In this document: one piece after another, positions 43,736 through 55,503 of the stretch
Layout of the letters: each line of letters opens with the position of its first letter
Position numbering within the stretch: position 1 is the first letter of the stretch
Virus record (IMG/VR): IMGVR_UViG_3300035501_000524
DNA length: 64,000 nt
Direction: 5' to 3' (one strand)
Source of the DNA: a virus
Taxonomy: Duplodnaviria > Heunggongvirae > Uroviricota > Caudoviricetes
The notes under the pieces: generated by a model
The model's database searches: none
What the model saw: only the letters and a program-made list of their open reading frames with translations
Told to the model about the DNA's origin: nothing
Translations under genes and position numbers: made by a program

Positions 43736-46700
43736 ATGGCAGTTAAAGATTATTCTGCATTAGTGGATAATTTATTTAAAAGTGTTGATGTTATAGTTGA
43801 AAAACAATTAGAAGCATTACCTTATGACAGAACAATAAAATGCTCTATTGTAAATACTGATAATGCCGACAAAGGAGAATATATAGTCTCAGATGGCGCA
43901 TCTAGCTATAAAGCTTATTCAGAAAACACTGATTACCAAGAGGGCATTTATGTTTATGTAAATATTCCAAATGGAGATTTTAATGAACAAAAAATGATTG
44001 TTGGTAAATGCACCAGCGATGATACAGAATATTTTACATATGTCCCGCCTATGGAGACATATATAGATATAACTCACAATCTAATTGATGAAGGATCTCC
44101 AGAGGCTAGTTTATTAGCAAATGGGAATCGCGCAGGAGTAACAATTTGGAGTGCAAAGAATTTAAACTTAAAAGGTTATGACCGATTAGGAATCCAAGCG
44201 AGTTTTAAAGCTTGGTTAAATTCTATGAATTGCATTTCTGGCTCTTATGGATTACGAGTTGATATAAGAGTTGTTGAAAATAATACAACGCAAGAAACAA
44301 ATAAATATAAATATTATTCTTTTAATCTTGATTCAGAAGCTGACATGTATGGAAGTCCATATAATTTTGAAACTTTTTATAGTCAAGAAAAAGTTGTTGA
44401 TATATCTGGATTAGGTACTATTGATACAATGCGAGTTGTTTTTTATCAAAATAGTGATTTTTACAATGGTGATAAAGAATTAATTCCAAATTATGATAGT
44501 GATTTAAAAATGGATTTACCAGATAATCTTTTTATTCAAGACGCTTATATAAGTGTTGGATATAATTTAAGCGACTTTACCGAAGATACTTTAATGTTAT
44601 TTACTTTAGATTCTGAAACTTATGGAACTGATTTGAATATATTAAAAGATAGATTAAAAGATAAAACTGTGGATGACGCAGATTTAACAGATTCTGAACG
44701 AAAATTTTTAGAATTAGATTTAAATGATGTAAATGCTGTAAATACATATCTAACTGAGTGCGTGAATAGAAAAAATTTACAGTTAAGATGGATTCATTTA
44801 GATGAAAGCACAGAAAATTTTAAATCTTTAGAGACCCTTCCAAAAGACGAAACCTATGGACAAAAAGGAATAATCCATTGGTATCGTTATAAGCTTGCTA
44901 ATGGCGTTGAGGATGAATTAGCAGGAGCATTCTATGAAGAAATGCAAGATTCTAAAGATAAATTTTCTATAGAGTTTGATCCAGATATTACAGAACAAAC
45001 TGAAAGAGTAAAAGCTATTTTAGAATATCCTTCAAGAGAATATATTGAAAAAGTTAAAAAAGATGATACAACATTAATTCGTTATAAGGATACTATTAAG
45101 GGCAATGAGAGGTTTTTATATAATCTCTGTCAAGAAGGCGCAACTAGCGTAGATGACATAAAGGATGAAGCTTTAAAAACAAATGTTACAAATCTTTTAA
45201 CCGCAATTAATAAATTATCTGAAGGACAAAGGATCCTTGAGCTAGGACTTGAAGGTCTTAAAACTTTTACAACTGTTATGAATCAAGTTTGTAAAACAGA
45301 AAATGATGCAACTAATTTATTAAAGAACTTAGGTTTTGGAAACTTTGATGAATCAAATGCAGCTGTTTTAGCTAGTAAAGGTGATGTTATTGCAAGTGGT
45401 AATACTCTTGTTGAACAGCAAAAAAATGAAGTAGAAGAATTAAATGCTTATTATAAAAATATTGGAAGTTCAGTAGATGCGAAAGGTGAATTAGAAACGC
45501 AACATAGTAGTGAAAAAGAACTTGCTCAAAGTTATATTGATTCTTTAAGCACTTCTTTGAAATATTATTTTGGTGTTGATTTATATTTTAATGGAAAACC
45601 TTATACAGAAGATGAAATGACTAATGCGGTTACCGAGTATGAGAGTCGAGAAGCTGAACTTGATGGTTCCGTTAATTATTATGAATCTGAGGTTTTAATA
45701 CTTTCTAATGAGCAAAAAGTTGCTGATAAAGCAACTATAGATTTGATTAAGGGACTATCTATTGAATGTGATACCGCAGGATATAATGGTAATTATAAAA
45801 TCTATGATGATACAGGAAAGATTATGTCATCATCAGAAGGTAGTAAATTAAGAACTTTAACTGCAACTTATACTTCTTTAGTTTCTGGCGAGGATGAATT
45901 AGATACCGCAGAACAAATTTCTTGGTATATCCCTATTGAAAATACCATGATTTATTATCCTACAAAAGGGTATGAATATGATGATTATAAGATGATCAGT
46001 ATTGCGGATGAAGCAGAATTTAAATCTTATATAGGGCAAATATATACTAAAACAATTAATGGTGTTTATTTAAGTGATAATGGATATAATAAAGTAACTA
46101 CACAAGATACATATTCCTCATTAACTAATTATTATATTAAAATTACTGAAAAAGATTTATCAACTAAGGTGGAAGATGGTTATTTTGTAATTACAAGAAG
46201 AGGCACTGAAAAGGTCGGAAAAGAGCCTGGTCTTGAAGAAGCAGATTCTACTGAGCAATTATTTAGAATTAAGTCTCAATATACTCAAAGCGCAATTAAT
46301 AATACAATTAGATGCGAAGTTGTAAAAAATAATATGACTTATTCCGCAGAGGTTAGTTTGACTTTTGGACCTCATGGAATAAATGGAACTGATTATACTT
46401 TTACGCTTGAATTTGAAGATAATAGTTTAGCTCTTACCTATGGAAAGAGTGTAACAGTAGTTCCAAAAGTTTATGATAATGAAAATAATGACATTACTTC
46501 AACCTTCACCGATGGATTTGATTTTAGTTGGTATTCTGAGGGTGATGGCGGTTTAGAGATGGCAAATGAGAGTGGAAATACTTGCACTATTAATACCGTT
46601 GAAGAAACTGGAAAAAGTATTTTAGATTGTCGTTATTATATTTTAAAAGCAAAAACTAAACAGGCGGTTCAGAATAATGTTACTGCAACTGAAACGAAAG

Positions 46701-49369
46701 TAGATGGAGAAGATAATACGCAAACAACTACATCTTCTTTTAACGTTTATTTAAGCACAATACTTCCAATCGCAGTAAGAAGTTCTGATGATTTTGTAAC
46801 TTTTGATGGAACGACAGAAATTGCTTATGATGCTTCTGGAGTAAATCCTAGTTATTATAAAAATAAATATCAACTATATAAATATAAAGATGGCCATTCA
46901 GTTGCTTTTAATGATAAAAATAGTGTATCTTGGTATATATCTAGTGGAGATCCTAAATTTGATGCAAGATATTATCCACAAGTGTCAACTGATGGAATCA
47001 TTACAGTTCCTTCAATGTATATTCAAGGAAATAGTACCAAATTTGCTATTGAGGCAGTTAATAATGGTAGTGAAGATGAAGAACCTATCTTTTGGACACA
47101 ACCAATTTATATTCATCAAAACACTTATTCTTCTTTAATGCTGAACTCTTGGGACGGTAGTTTGACTTATGATGAAGAAAATGGTACAATATTATCAGCG
47201 ATGATAGGAGCCGGAGAAAAAAATGAAGATAATCAATTCAATGGCGTTCTTATGGGAAAAGCTTCAAAAGCAGATGAAACCGCAAAACAAATTGGACTTT
47301 ATGGATATAATAAAGGCGCGCAATCATTTGGATTTTTAATAGATGGAACTGCTTTTTTAGGAAAAGCAGGACATGGAAGAATTCTTTTTGATGGCGATAC
47401 AGGAGTTATTCAAAGTCAGAATTATGAAAGTAATTCTGAAGGAATGAAAATTGATCTTAATACTGGAATTCTTATTTCTAAAGGACCAAAATTTTCTGAA
47501 ACAATAAGCTCCAGTTGGGATGAGGAGTCTGGAAAAGAGATTGAAAAAACTAGTCAAGCAATGATTAAAATAGATCCAACTCCAAGCGCAGATGAGAATG
47601 ATAATACCTATGGTAATCCATATTTTCTAGTTCAAAGTTGTAATGGAAATAAGTTGATTAATATATCTTCTACAAATATGTATATTCAAACAGATGATTT
47701 TTGTTCAACATCTGGTTCTGAAGCAGGAGTTAGATTTGATTTAAGTAGAAGTAAATTAACTGGTTATAATTTTGAATTTTTTACCAAAGAAACCGAAGGC
47801 GAATATGCTGGTTCATACGTAAAAATCGCTAGTGATGGAAATCCTTATTTAGAAGTTTATCAAAAATATACTGAAGATAATAAGGTTTTAAGAGATCTTA
47901 AATTAATGTATATTGGGAAAAAAAACTTTATTATTCAAAGTCAAAATTGGAATAATGATGCTCAAACAGGAGTTCAATTAAACTTAGCAGGAGATAATCC
48001 TAAATTAACTGCTTATAATTTTTCTATTAAAGCTATAGCTAATGATGAAACTTATAATGGATCTTATATTCAAATAGATAGCAGTGGAAGTCCATTTTTT
48101 AGAATCTATTATCAAAATAGTGGACAATCTTATTATAAATGGGCATCTTCAGAATGGGAAGAAGGAAAAGATTATTATTGTATGACTGACGAGGGAGAAT
48201 TTACAGAGGCAAATGGAAAAGAAGCTGCTGGAACTGCTTATTATATTAAACAAACGAAGTCTGATCCCGCTACAGTACATTTAGTAGATATTACTAAGAA
48301 TAATTTTGTTTTAAGATCTCAAAATTGGGATACAACAAATAAAACTGGAACTTGTTTAAATATGAATACAGGAGTTCTTAGATCTTATGATTTTAAGATT
48401 GATGCTTCTGGAAGAACTTTTACAGTTAAAGAAAATAATGTAACAACAACCAAAGAAGGTTATTTGATAATCGACAGTGGCGCAAGTGAATATCCTCTAA
48501 AAATTGGACCTTATTTTAAAGTAAAATGGAGTGGAAAAATTTATGCTACTGATGGAGAATTTAGCGGAAAAATTAATGCTGATGAAGGTTCCATTGGAGG
48601 TTGGAGCATAGATAAAGATAGACTTTATAGTAATTATACACTTTATACAGAAGATCAAGAGGAAATTTCAAGTAGTTTTATATTAAGTTCTACAGATTTT
48701 ACTAAAAAGATAAATGGGTCAGATAGAGACAAATTAAGACTGGTTATAGGTAACAATTTTGCAGTATCAAGCAGTGGAAATATTTATTGCAATGGAGCCG
48801 ATATTTCTGGGGCTACTATTGGGGGAGCAACAATTTCTAAAGGAACCATTGGAGGAGCAGCAATATCTTACGGAAGCATTGAGAACGCAAACATATCTTA
48901 TGGAACCATTACTAGCGCAGAAATAACAGATTGTAACATAGGAGGAACTTTTACGCTAGGAGGAACTACAGTTGAAATAGCGACTGAAAAAGTTTTATCT
49001 ATGACTTCTGGGTTAAGTGATCGAGCAACAGTCCTAAATGATTCTACATCTCTTACACAGACAGATACCTCTGTGAGTGGTAGTATTTCTGTATCAGTTC
49101 CATCATCTAGTTTTCTTACTTCAGTAGCTGTCGACAGTGCTAGTGGAAGTGTTACTATAGGAGATAAAACTTACCCTGTAACAGTAAGTGTCTCCTTAAA
49201 AAAATCTTTTAATTCCTCTGCGGTAAGTTGTACAACTAGTAATTCTTTAACATATAAACAAGCATCATTGGATAAACAAACTTCACAATGTACAACTCAT
49301 TTAAAAAATACTTTTAAAAAACTTACGGTTTTAGCGGCTACAAGTGCAGGAACAGAAACTGAATCTTAA
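43736..49369 (+). CDS. Large tail fibre / distal tail receptor-binding protein, 1877 aa
   Basis: C-terminal short degenerate GATIGGATISKGTIGGAAISYGSIENANISYGTITSAEI repeats (beta-helix-like) and a Ser/Thr-rich end. Immediately follows the tape measure gene. Confidence 0.55.
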   Translation: MAVKDYSALVDNLFKSVDVIVEKQLEALPYDRTIKCSIVNTDNADKGEYIVSDGASSYKAYSENTDYQEGIYVYVNIPNGDFNEQKMIVGKCTSDDTEYFTYVPPMETYIDITHNLIDEGSPEASLLANGNRAGVTIWSAKNLNLKGYDRLGIQASFKAWLNSMNCISGSYGLRVDIRVVENNTTQETNKYKYYSFNLDSEADMYGSPYNFETFYSQEKVVDISGLGTIDTMRVVFYQNSDFYNGDKELIPNYDSDLKMDLPDNLFIQDAYISVGYNLSDFTEDTLMLFTLDSETYGTDLNILKDRLKDKTVDDADLTDSERKFLELDLNDVNAVNTYLTECVNRKNLQLRWIHLDESTENFKSLETLPKDETYGQKGIIHWYRYKLANGVEDELAGAFYEEMQDSKDKFSIEFDPDITEQTERVKAILEYPSREYIEKVKKDDTTLIRYKDTIKGNERFLYNLCQEGATSVDDIKDEALKTNVTNLLTAINKLSEGQRILELGLEGLKTFTTVMNQVCKTENDATNLLKNLGFGNFDESNAAVLASKGDVIASGNTLVEQQKNEVEELNAYYKNIGSSVDAKGELETQHSSEKELAQSYIDSLSTSLKYYFGVDLYFNGKPYTEDEMTNAVTEYESREAELDGSVNYYESEVLILSNEQKVADKATIDLIKGLSIECDTAGYNGNYKIYDDTGKIMSSSEGSKLRTLTATYTSLVSGEDELDTAEQISWYIPIENTMIYYPTKGYEYDDYKMISIADEAEFKSYIGQIYTKTINGVYLSDNGYNKVTTQDTYSSLTNYYIKITEKDLSTKVEDGYFVITRRGTEKVGKEPGLEEADSTEQLFRIKSQYTQSAINNTIRCEVVKNNMTYSAEVSLTFGPHGINGTDYTFTLEFEDNSLALTYGKSVTVVPKVYDNENNDITSTFTDGFDFSWYSEGDGGLEMANESGNTCTINTVEETGKSILDCRYYILKAKTKQAVQNNVTATETKVDGEDNTQTTTSSFNVYLSTILPIAVRSSDDFVTFDGTTEIAYDASGVNPSYYKNKYQLYKYKDGHSVAFNDKNSVSWYISSGDPKFDARYYPQVSTDGIITVPSMYIQGNSTKFAIEAVNNGSEDEEPIFWTQPIYIHQNTYSSLMLNSWDGSLTYDEENGTILSAMIGAGEKNEDNQFNGVLMGKASKADETAKQIGLYGYNKGAQSFGFLIDGTAFLGKAGHGRILFDGDTGVIQSQNYESNSEGMKIDLNTGILISKGPKFSETISSSWDEESGKEIEKTSQAMIKIDPTPSADENDNTYGNPYFLVQSCNGNKLINISSTNMYIQTDDFCSTSGSEAGVRFDLSRSKLTGYNFEFFTKETEGEYAGSYVKIASDGNPYLEVYQKYTEDNKVLRDLKLMYIGKKNFIIQSQNWNNDAQTGVQLNLAGDNPKLTAYNFSIKAIANDETYNGSYIQIDSSGSPFFRIYYQNSGQSYYKWASSEWEEGKDYYCMTDEGEFTEANGKEAAGTAYYIKQTKSDPATVHLVDITKNNFVLRSQNWDTTNKTGTCLNMNTGVLRSYDFKIDASGRTFTVKENNVTTTKEGYLIIDSGASEYPLKIGPYFKVKWSGKIYATDGEFSGKINADEGSIGGWSIDKDRLYSNYTLYTEDQEEISSSFILSSTDFTKKINGSDRDKLRLVIGNNFAVSSSGNIYCNGADISGATIGGATISKGTIGGAAISYGSIENANISYGTITSAEITDCNIGGTFTLGGTTVEIATEKVLSMTSGLSDRATVLNDSTSLTQTDTSVSGSISVSVPSSSFLTSVAVDSASGSVTIGDKTYPVTVSVSLKKSFNSSAVSCTTSNSLTYKQASLDKQTSQCTTHLKNTFKKLTVLAATSAGTETES

Positions 49370-49407
49370 AAGTTAATTCTATAAATAATAAAAAGGAGAA
49401 AAAGGAT

Positions 49408-49794
49408 ATGACAAAAACTTTTACAAACAATGAAATTTATAATTATGCAACTCTTTTAGGAGATGCTTTTAACAATAGCGAACTTTATCTTCCAGTTAAG
49501 ATAAATTTCTATTTACAAAAAAATATTACTGCTATTACTGAATTAGCAAAATCTATTGAGGATTCTCGTATGAAAATTGCTCAGCATTATGGAAAAATGA
49601 ATGAAGATGGACAAGGATTTCAGATTCCACCAGAAAACATTGAGCAGGCTAGTAAAGAACTTGAAGATCTTTTCAATCTTGAACAGGAAGTAAAAATTTA
49701 TACAATTAAACTTGATACTTTTGATGATACTCAGATTTCAACTAAACAGATGCAAGCTATTTTATTTATGATTGAAGATCCAGAGGAGGAGTAA
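49408..49794 (+). CDS. Hypothetical tail-module protein, 128 aa
   Basis: RBS AAAAGGAGAAAAAGG. Confidence 0.45.
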   Translation: MTKTFTNNEIYNYATLLGDAFNNSELYLPVKINFYLQKNITAITELAKSIEDSRMKIAQHYGKMNEDGQGFQIPPENIEQASKELEDLFNLEQEVKIYTIKLDTFDDTQISTKQMQAILFMIEDPEEE

Positions 49795-49798
49795 TATA

Positions 49799-50002
49799 AT
49801 GACTACAGAACAGATTTCAGAACTTATTAAAACATATAATACTCTTTTGTTAATTTCAACAAAAGGAAAAGATACTCTTATGATGGCTAAATGCCTTGAA
49901 GCTTTACAAGGAATTATTTCTGAAACCGCAAAATCTCTCGGAGTAGAGCTTGAAGAAGTTCCGATTGCAGAAGAGGAAACTGAAACAGAAAAAGAGGAGT
50001 AA
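49799..50002 (+). CDS. Hypothetical small protein, about 67 aa (start at MTTEQISELI)
   Basis: RBS GGAGGAG 7 nt upstream of the ATG at 49799. The earlier in-frame ATG in the track overlaps the previous gene. Confidence 0.4.
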   Translation: MTTEQISELIKTYNTLLLISTKGKDTLMMAKCLEALQGIISETAKSLGVELEEVPIAEEETETEKEE

Positions 50003-50008
50003 AAGAAT

Positions 50009-52585
50009 ATGGCTACAAAATTGTACCCGCCTAGCATAGGAGGCACAATTCCGGCTTTCTGCGGGACCACCTTAGTGGTCCCGTTTTCTATGAATAGAGC
50101 AGTGTCAAGAATAGAAGTAGCCGGATTTAGATTAAAAATAAAGACTGTAAGTGGCAATCAAATCGCTGTTTTAAAAACATCAAATTCCACAGACTATGAT
50201 ATGCAATCAGATATGTATGTTCAATTTGATGTCACCTCAATTAAAAGTCAATTAAATATTGGGCAATATTATAAAATTCAATTAGCTTATGTGAGTAAAG
50301 GTGGCGTAGTTGGTTACTATTCTACTGTTGGAGTCATTAAATATACAACAGAGCCTTCTGTAGTAATTAGTGGATTGACTTTTGGTTCTGTTAATATGCA
50401 CAATTATAGATATGTTGGAGTTTATAGTCAGGCTGGAGATAATCAAGATTCAACTGAAAAAATGTACTCATCAAGATTTAAAGTATATGATAGTAATGAT
50501 GTTTTAATAAAAGATTCTGGTGAAATTATTCATAATATTAATAATGATATAACCCCAGATGAATCTCAAGAAGAATTTTTACTATCAATAGACTTATCTC
50601 TTGATAAATCTTATTATATTCAATTTTCTATTACATCCACTAATGGATTAGAAAAAAGTTCTAATAGATATAGAATAATGCAACGTAGATCAATTAGTCC
50701 AGAAATTAATGCAGAATTGGTTGCTACATTAGACCAAGATAATGGAAATATTCTATTAACAATGAATGATACTATTGATAGTGTTGTTTCTGGAACTTTC
50801 TTAATCTCTCGTGCAAGTAGTTTAAATGGATACGCTTGGGAAGAGTTTAGACGATTTGATCTTCAGTCAATGATTCCAGATCAATGGAGTCTTCTTGATT
50901 GCACGATTGAACAAGGAGCAACATATAGATATTCATTACAACAATATAATGAAAATGGAATTTACTCAGATAGATTATGTTCTAAAGATATTTTTGCGGA
51001 CTTTGAGGATGCCTTTTTATATGATGGCGAACGCCAATTAAAAATTCGTTTCAATCCTAAAGTTTCAACTTTTAAGAATGATATTCTCGAAACTAAGACA
51101 GAAACAATGGGAAGTAAGCATCCTTTTATAACAAGAAATGGCAACGTTAACTATGTTGAGTTAGCTCTTTCTGGACTAATTTCTTATCAAATGGACGAAG
51201 CAGAATTGTTCATGACTAAGGAAGAGTTGGGGATTTCCTCAAACATTACAGATTTGACTGGTGAAAATATTACGGCTGAAAGAATCTTTAAGACAGCTGT
51301 TTTAGAATGGCTTACAGATGGTAATGCAAAGATATTTAGGTCTCCAACAGAAGGTAACTTTATTGTTCGATTAATGAATGTATCTTTGAGTCCAAATGAT
51401 ACGGTCGGCCGCATGCTCCACACATTTACTTGTACAGCATACGAAATTGCGGATTATACCACAGATAACCTAGAATACTACGGACTTATTGATCCAACAG
51501 AGAATCTTAAAACAATGACTAGATGGACAACAGTTGATTTGCTTGCAATAAAGAAAACATTAAGTGAAGATGATAAAAGAGAGAAAATCCAAGTAAATGA
51601 TAAAGTGGCTTATTCAGTATTCTTTGTCGATATGATGCCTGGCGCAATGATTTATATAGATGGAGAATCTATTAAGATTGGTGCTACTGGATCATATTCC
51701 GCGCAAGCTACAACAACTCCATTTAATAAGATTGAAGTTGCAGTAGATTCTTTATCTTATGGATTATTGACTTATAGTTATCAAACTAAAGCTGTTAGTA
51801 TATTTGGTAACATTCAACAGATTAATATTGAAGATGTTCCTTGCCAACAGATTATTGGTAAGATAGATACAGATGTATATTCATATATTCAAGATACTAG
51901 AACTAGTGTTCTAAAATTATCTATGGCGAGATTTATTAAAAGAGATGTTGAATATGTTTTCTGTAATGTTGAGAAAGCAAGTGATTTCAATCCATATAAT
52001 TCTTATACTTATTATACTGATGCTATGTGTCAGAATGAGATTACATCATTAGACACTTTAAAACTATATCAAATCAGATGTAAAAGATCTGCCGGAAAAG
52101 AAATTCCTGGCGAAGGAGTATATGTTGATGCTAATTTTGATATATTTGCACCTTACTTAGATTATTATCTTGATGGAACAAAACCTTTAAATCAAACTCC
52201 ACAGGAAATAACAGATGACTTATTTCAGATTTCTATTGATGGTGAAATTATTGACATTACAGAAACTGAAAAATATAAAATAGCTTCAACTGATGAAGTT
52301 AAAATTATTATCCCAAGTAATGGAGTTATCACTGAGGTTGGCTATTCAAAACAAATTGCGGTATACTCCTTTGAAGAAGATGAAGGTGGAGACTCAGAGG
52401 TAATAAAAGCAAAAGCAGATTATGTAGCAGCATTATCAAACTATGAGACAGTTAAAACAAATGAAAATAGTAGCACTGATGATGTAGATAGAAAAAGAGA
52501 AGATGTAAAAGAGAAATATAAAATTTTTATTAGCGAGCTAGATACGGCTATAAAAGATTATAAGGAGGCGAATGGTATAGAATGA
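50009..52585 (+). CDS. Large tail or baseplate structural protein, 858 aa
   Basis: Long ORF in the tail block, overlapping the next gene (ATGA). Confidence 0.5.
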   Translation: MATKLYPPSIGGTIPAFCGTTLVVPFSMNRAVSRIEVAGFRLKIKTVSGNQIAVLKTSNSTDYDMQSDMYVQFDVTSIKSQLNIGQYYKIQLAYVSKGGVVGYYSTVGVIKYTTEPSVVISGLTFGSVNMHNYRYVGVYSQAGDNQDSTEKMYSSRFKVYDSNDVLIKDSGEIIHNINNDITPDESQEEFLLSIDLSLDKSYYIQFSITSTNGLEKSSNRYRIMQRRSISPEINAELVATLDQDNGNILLTMNDTIDSVVSGTFLISRASSLNGYAWEEFRRFDLQSMIPDQWSLLDCTIEQGATYRYSLQQYNENGIYSDRLCSKDIFADFEDAFLYDGERQLKIRFNPKVSTFKNDILETKTETMGSKHPFITRNGNVNYVELALSGLISYQMDEAELFMTKEELGISSNITDLTGENITAERIFKTAVLEWLTDGNAKIFRSPTEGNFIVRLMNVSLSPNDTVGRMLHTFTCTAYEIADYTTDNLEYYGLIDPTENLKTMTRWTTVDLLAIKKTLSEDDKREKIQVNDKVAYSVFFVDMMPGAMIYIDGESIKIGATGSYSAQATTTPFNKIEVAVDSLSYGLLTYSYQTKAVSIFGNIQQINIEDVPCQQIIGKIDTDVYSYIQDTRTSVLKLSMARFIKRDVEYVFCNVEKASDFNPYNSYTYYTDAMCQNEITSLDTLKLYQIRCKRSAGKEIPGEGVYVDANFDIFAPYLDYYLDGTKPLNQTPQEITDDLFQISIDGEIIDITETEKYKIASTDEVKIIIPSNGVITEVGYSKQIAVYSFEEDEGGDSEVIKAKADYVAALSNYETVKTNENSSTDDVDRKREDVKEKYKIFISELDTAIKDYKEANGIE

Positions 52586-55488
52586 GAAATCCGTTATATG
52601 ATAAAGATTTTTTAAAAGAATTGGATAATCAAAAAGAACGTGAAATATATACCAAAATTATCGCCTTAGATTTAAATGAAAATCCAGTAGAAGAAGTGTC
52701 AGGTAGAGTAACGCAAGGTTCTGTCAGTATTGATGGGACCTCTGCGGTCCGCCGCACATGTTCTTTATCCATGGTCGCACAAGAAATGAATATTCATGAA
52801 TATTATTGGGGCATGAATACAAAATTCAAACTTGCTGTTGGAATGAAGAATAAAATAAATAGTAAATATCCAGATATTATTTGGTTTCCGCAAGGTATTT
52901 ATTTAATTACTTCATTCAGCACATCTCAAGGAACATCTTCTTATACAATTTCAATTTCTGGAAAAGATAAGATGTGTTTATTAAATGGAGATATTGGAGG
53001 TTCTATATACTCATTAACATATGATTTTGGTACAATGGATTATATCACTGCGGAAGGTGATACTATTAATGAATCCATTGAAATTAAAGATATTATTCGA
53101 GAAATAGTACATGAGTTTGCGCAAGAGCCTTATCATAATATTGTAATCAATGATTTGGAAGATTGCGGTGTTGAGCTTTTGGAATACCGAGGTTCAACTG
53201 ACATGTTTCTTATAGTCAACCAAAACTCAAATGAAGTAACTGGAATGTCTTTTAATGAAAATCAAGGCGGATATTATGGTTATAATATAGATGGAGTGTT
53301 TAAAGATAATATAACTTTAGGGAATCTTGAGTCAGATGCTATCAAAGGGAGATATGATCATCGAATTTCATTAAATACAAATGCGGCAGACCCAACTTAT
53401 ATATATGTTAAATCAGATACAACAAAAACGCCATATACAGTAATTAGAGTCACTTATGGAGATGTTGTTGGATATAGAGAAACTTCATTAACATATGCAG
53501 GAGATTTAATTGGAAATGTAGGAGAGTCATTAACTTCTTCCTGTCTTGATAAGATTAAAAATATGTTGGGAGATTTTGAATATTTTTATGATCTTGATGG
53601 CAGATTTATCTTTCAAAGAAAAAAGACTTATACAAATGTATCTTGGAATAATATTACAACAACAGATGATGAAACATATGTAGATAATTCAGCATACTTA
53701 TCTGCGGATGATTATTCATTTGATGATAGTAATTTAATTACTTCATTTTCAAACTCTCCAGATTTAGCTAATTTAAAAAATGATTTTTCTATATGGGGCA
53801 CGCGCACATCAGTTAGTGGTTCAGAATTACCAGTTCATTTAAGATATGCGATAGATAAAAAGCCATATATTTATCAAACTTTAGGTGGTCATTTATATAT
53901 GACTCAAGAGTATTATGATAATATAGAAAATCTTGGCTCTTTTGGATCATCTATAGTTACAAAAGATTCTTTTAGGACTCACACAATGCCCGAAGGATTA
54001 GATGATAATTGGTGGGAAATTGAAGACTGGGCAAAATATTATGAATATTTAACTGGTGCACTTCCAGACCAAAAATTAAGTAACTATTGGACTGAATATA
54101 CAAAAATTGATTTGGAGCAATACTTTGGAATAGGTAACGATGTTAGATGGAATGCTTCAAAATTATTATTTTTATTTGATGTTGATTCTAATGGAGATTT
54201 AGCTTATATAGGCCATAATCCATCTTCGCTGACAGCTGATCCAAATGTTAATCATAAAACTTGCGAGCATACTTATACTTATTTATTAAACTGTAAATAT
54301 GAGAAAGGCTGGACTTCTTATATTTATAAACCGCAAATTCCAGAATTTACGCTTACTGATGAAATTAAAGATAAAGTAGCAAATATGGAAGCAACTATCT
54401 GTGATTGGAGAGAGATAATTTACCAAATGGCAGTTGATTATATTCAGCATCATAAAGAAGATGATTTTGTTTCTCAGGTAGCTACAAATAATCCAAACTT
54501 TTATTCTAGCGGATATACTGGATATGAAATGTATTACACAGATTTATATTCCTTTTGGAGAGATTTATATAACCCAGATTATACTTATACTTATTCAATA
54601 TCTGGATGTTATAAATCTGCATATGAAGCGAAGCCAGAAGACTATTATTGGTATGAACAGTGTACAAGTTCAGATGAGTATGATTCAAAAACGCAATATT
54701 ATTCTTTGACTTTATATGGTACATATACAGTTAGAAAAATTACAGAAGAAACTTTTAATAAAGATAAAACAAGTTTTTATTATTTAAAGCAAGGTACGTC
54801 TAAAGATACTTTTGAAGTTGATAGAATCTATTATTGTAAAGTAGAAGATGAATTTGATTCAGAATCCCATTGGAGTAAGACAATTTCAGAATCACCAGAA
54901 AGTTTAAATTTTTGGTTTGATTTTTTAGATAACGATGGTGGTGACCTTTCTCAATACTCAGTTCGTAATGTTGGAGATAGGCCCAAATCTGTTAATGATT
55001 CTGATGTAAAAGCCATTTATTTTAGAGATACACCGACTGTTATTTTTTTGGATCCCGCGCAGATTGAAGATGATATTAGAGAAGCTTGGGAAGTTGAAAT
55101 GGCTAAGGATAATACTTTAGGGCCTTTAACAGAAGATCAACTGCAAAAGAAGATACAGGAAGAAATAGACAAGCAGAAAGACTTGAAGCCAGGTTATACT
55201 TTCTTTAAATTACAAAGTTATTTAGAGAATTTATTTACTATTAGCTCTCAAGGAAAATCTGCGCAAGATGCATTAGATGATTTTCTCTATCAATATTCTT
55301 ATTGCACAGAGACAATTACTATTAATGCACTACCAGTATATTATCTTCAACCAAATACTAGAATATTTGTAAGAGATGATAATAGTGGTATTAATGGTGA
55401 ATATATCGTTACAAGAATTACGTTACCATTAAATTATAATGGAACAATGTCAATTACAGCGACAAAAGCTGTAGATAGAATATATTAG
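52582..55488 (+). CDS. Large tail or baseplate structural protein, 968 aa
   Basis: Long ORF, translationally coupled to its upstream neighbour. Confidence 0.5.
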   Translation: MRNPLYDKDFLKELDNQKEREIYTKIIALDLNENPVEEVSGRVTQGSVSIDGTSAVRRTCSLSMVAQEMNIHEYYWGMNTKFKLAVGMKNKINSKYPDIIWFPQGIYLITSFSTSQGTSSYTISISGKDKMCLLNGDIGGSIYSLTYDFGTMDYITAEGDTINESIEIKDIIREIVHEFAQEPYHNIVINDLEDCGVELLEYRGSTDMFLIVNQNSNEVTGMSFNENQGGYYGYNIDGVFKDNITLGNLESDAIKGRYDHRISLNTNAADPTYIYVKSDTTKTPYTVIRVTYGDVVGYRETSLTYAGDLIGNVGESLTSSCLDKIKNMLGDFEYFYDLDGRFIFQRKKTYTNVSWNNITTTDDETYVDNSAYLSADDYSFDDSNLITSFSNSPDLANLKNDFSIWGTRTSVSGSELPVHLRYAIDKKPYIYQTLGGHLYMTQEYYDNIENLGSFGSSIVTKDSFRTHTMPEGLDDNWWEIEDWAKYYEYLTGALPDQKLSNYWTEYTKIDLEQYFGIGNDVRWNASKLLFLFDVDSNGDLAYIGHNPSSLTADPNVNHKTCEHTYTYLLNCKYEKGWTSYIYKPQIPEFTLTDEIKDKVANMEATICDWREIIYQMAVDYIQHHKEDDFVSQVATNNPNFYSSGYTGYEMYYTDLYSFWRDLYNPDYTYTYSISGCYKSAYEAKPEDYYWYEQCTSSDEYDSKTQYYSLTLYGTYTVRKITEETFNKDKTSFYYLKQGTSKDTFEVDRIYYCKVEDEFDSESHWSKTISESPESLNFWFDFLDNDGGDLSQYSVRNVGDRPKSVNDSDVKAIYFRDTPTVIFLDPAQIEDDIREAWEVEMAKDNTLGPLTEDQLQKKIQEEIDKQKDLKPGYTFFKLQSYLENLFTISSQGKSAQDALDDFLYQYSYCTETITINALPVYYLQPNTRIFVRDDNSGINGEYIVTRITLPLNYNGTMSITATKAVDRIY

Positions 55489-55503
55489 GAGGATAAGGAG
55501 AAT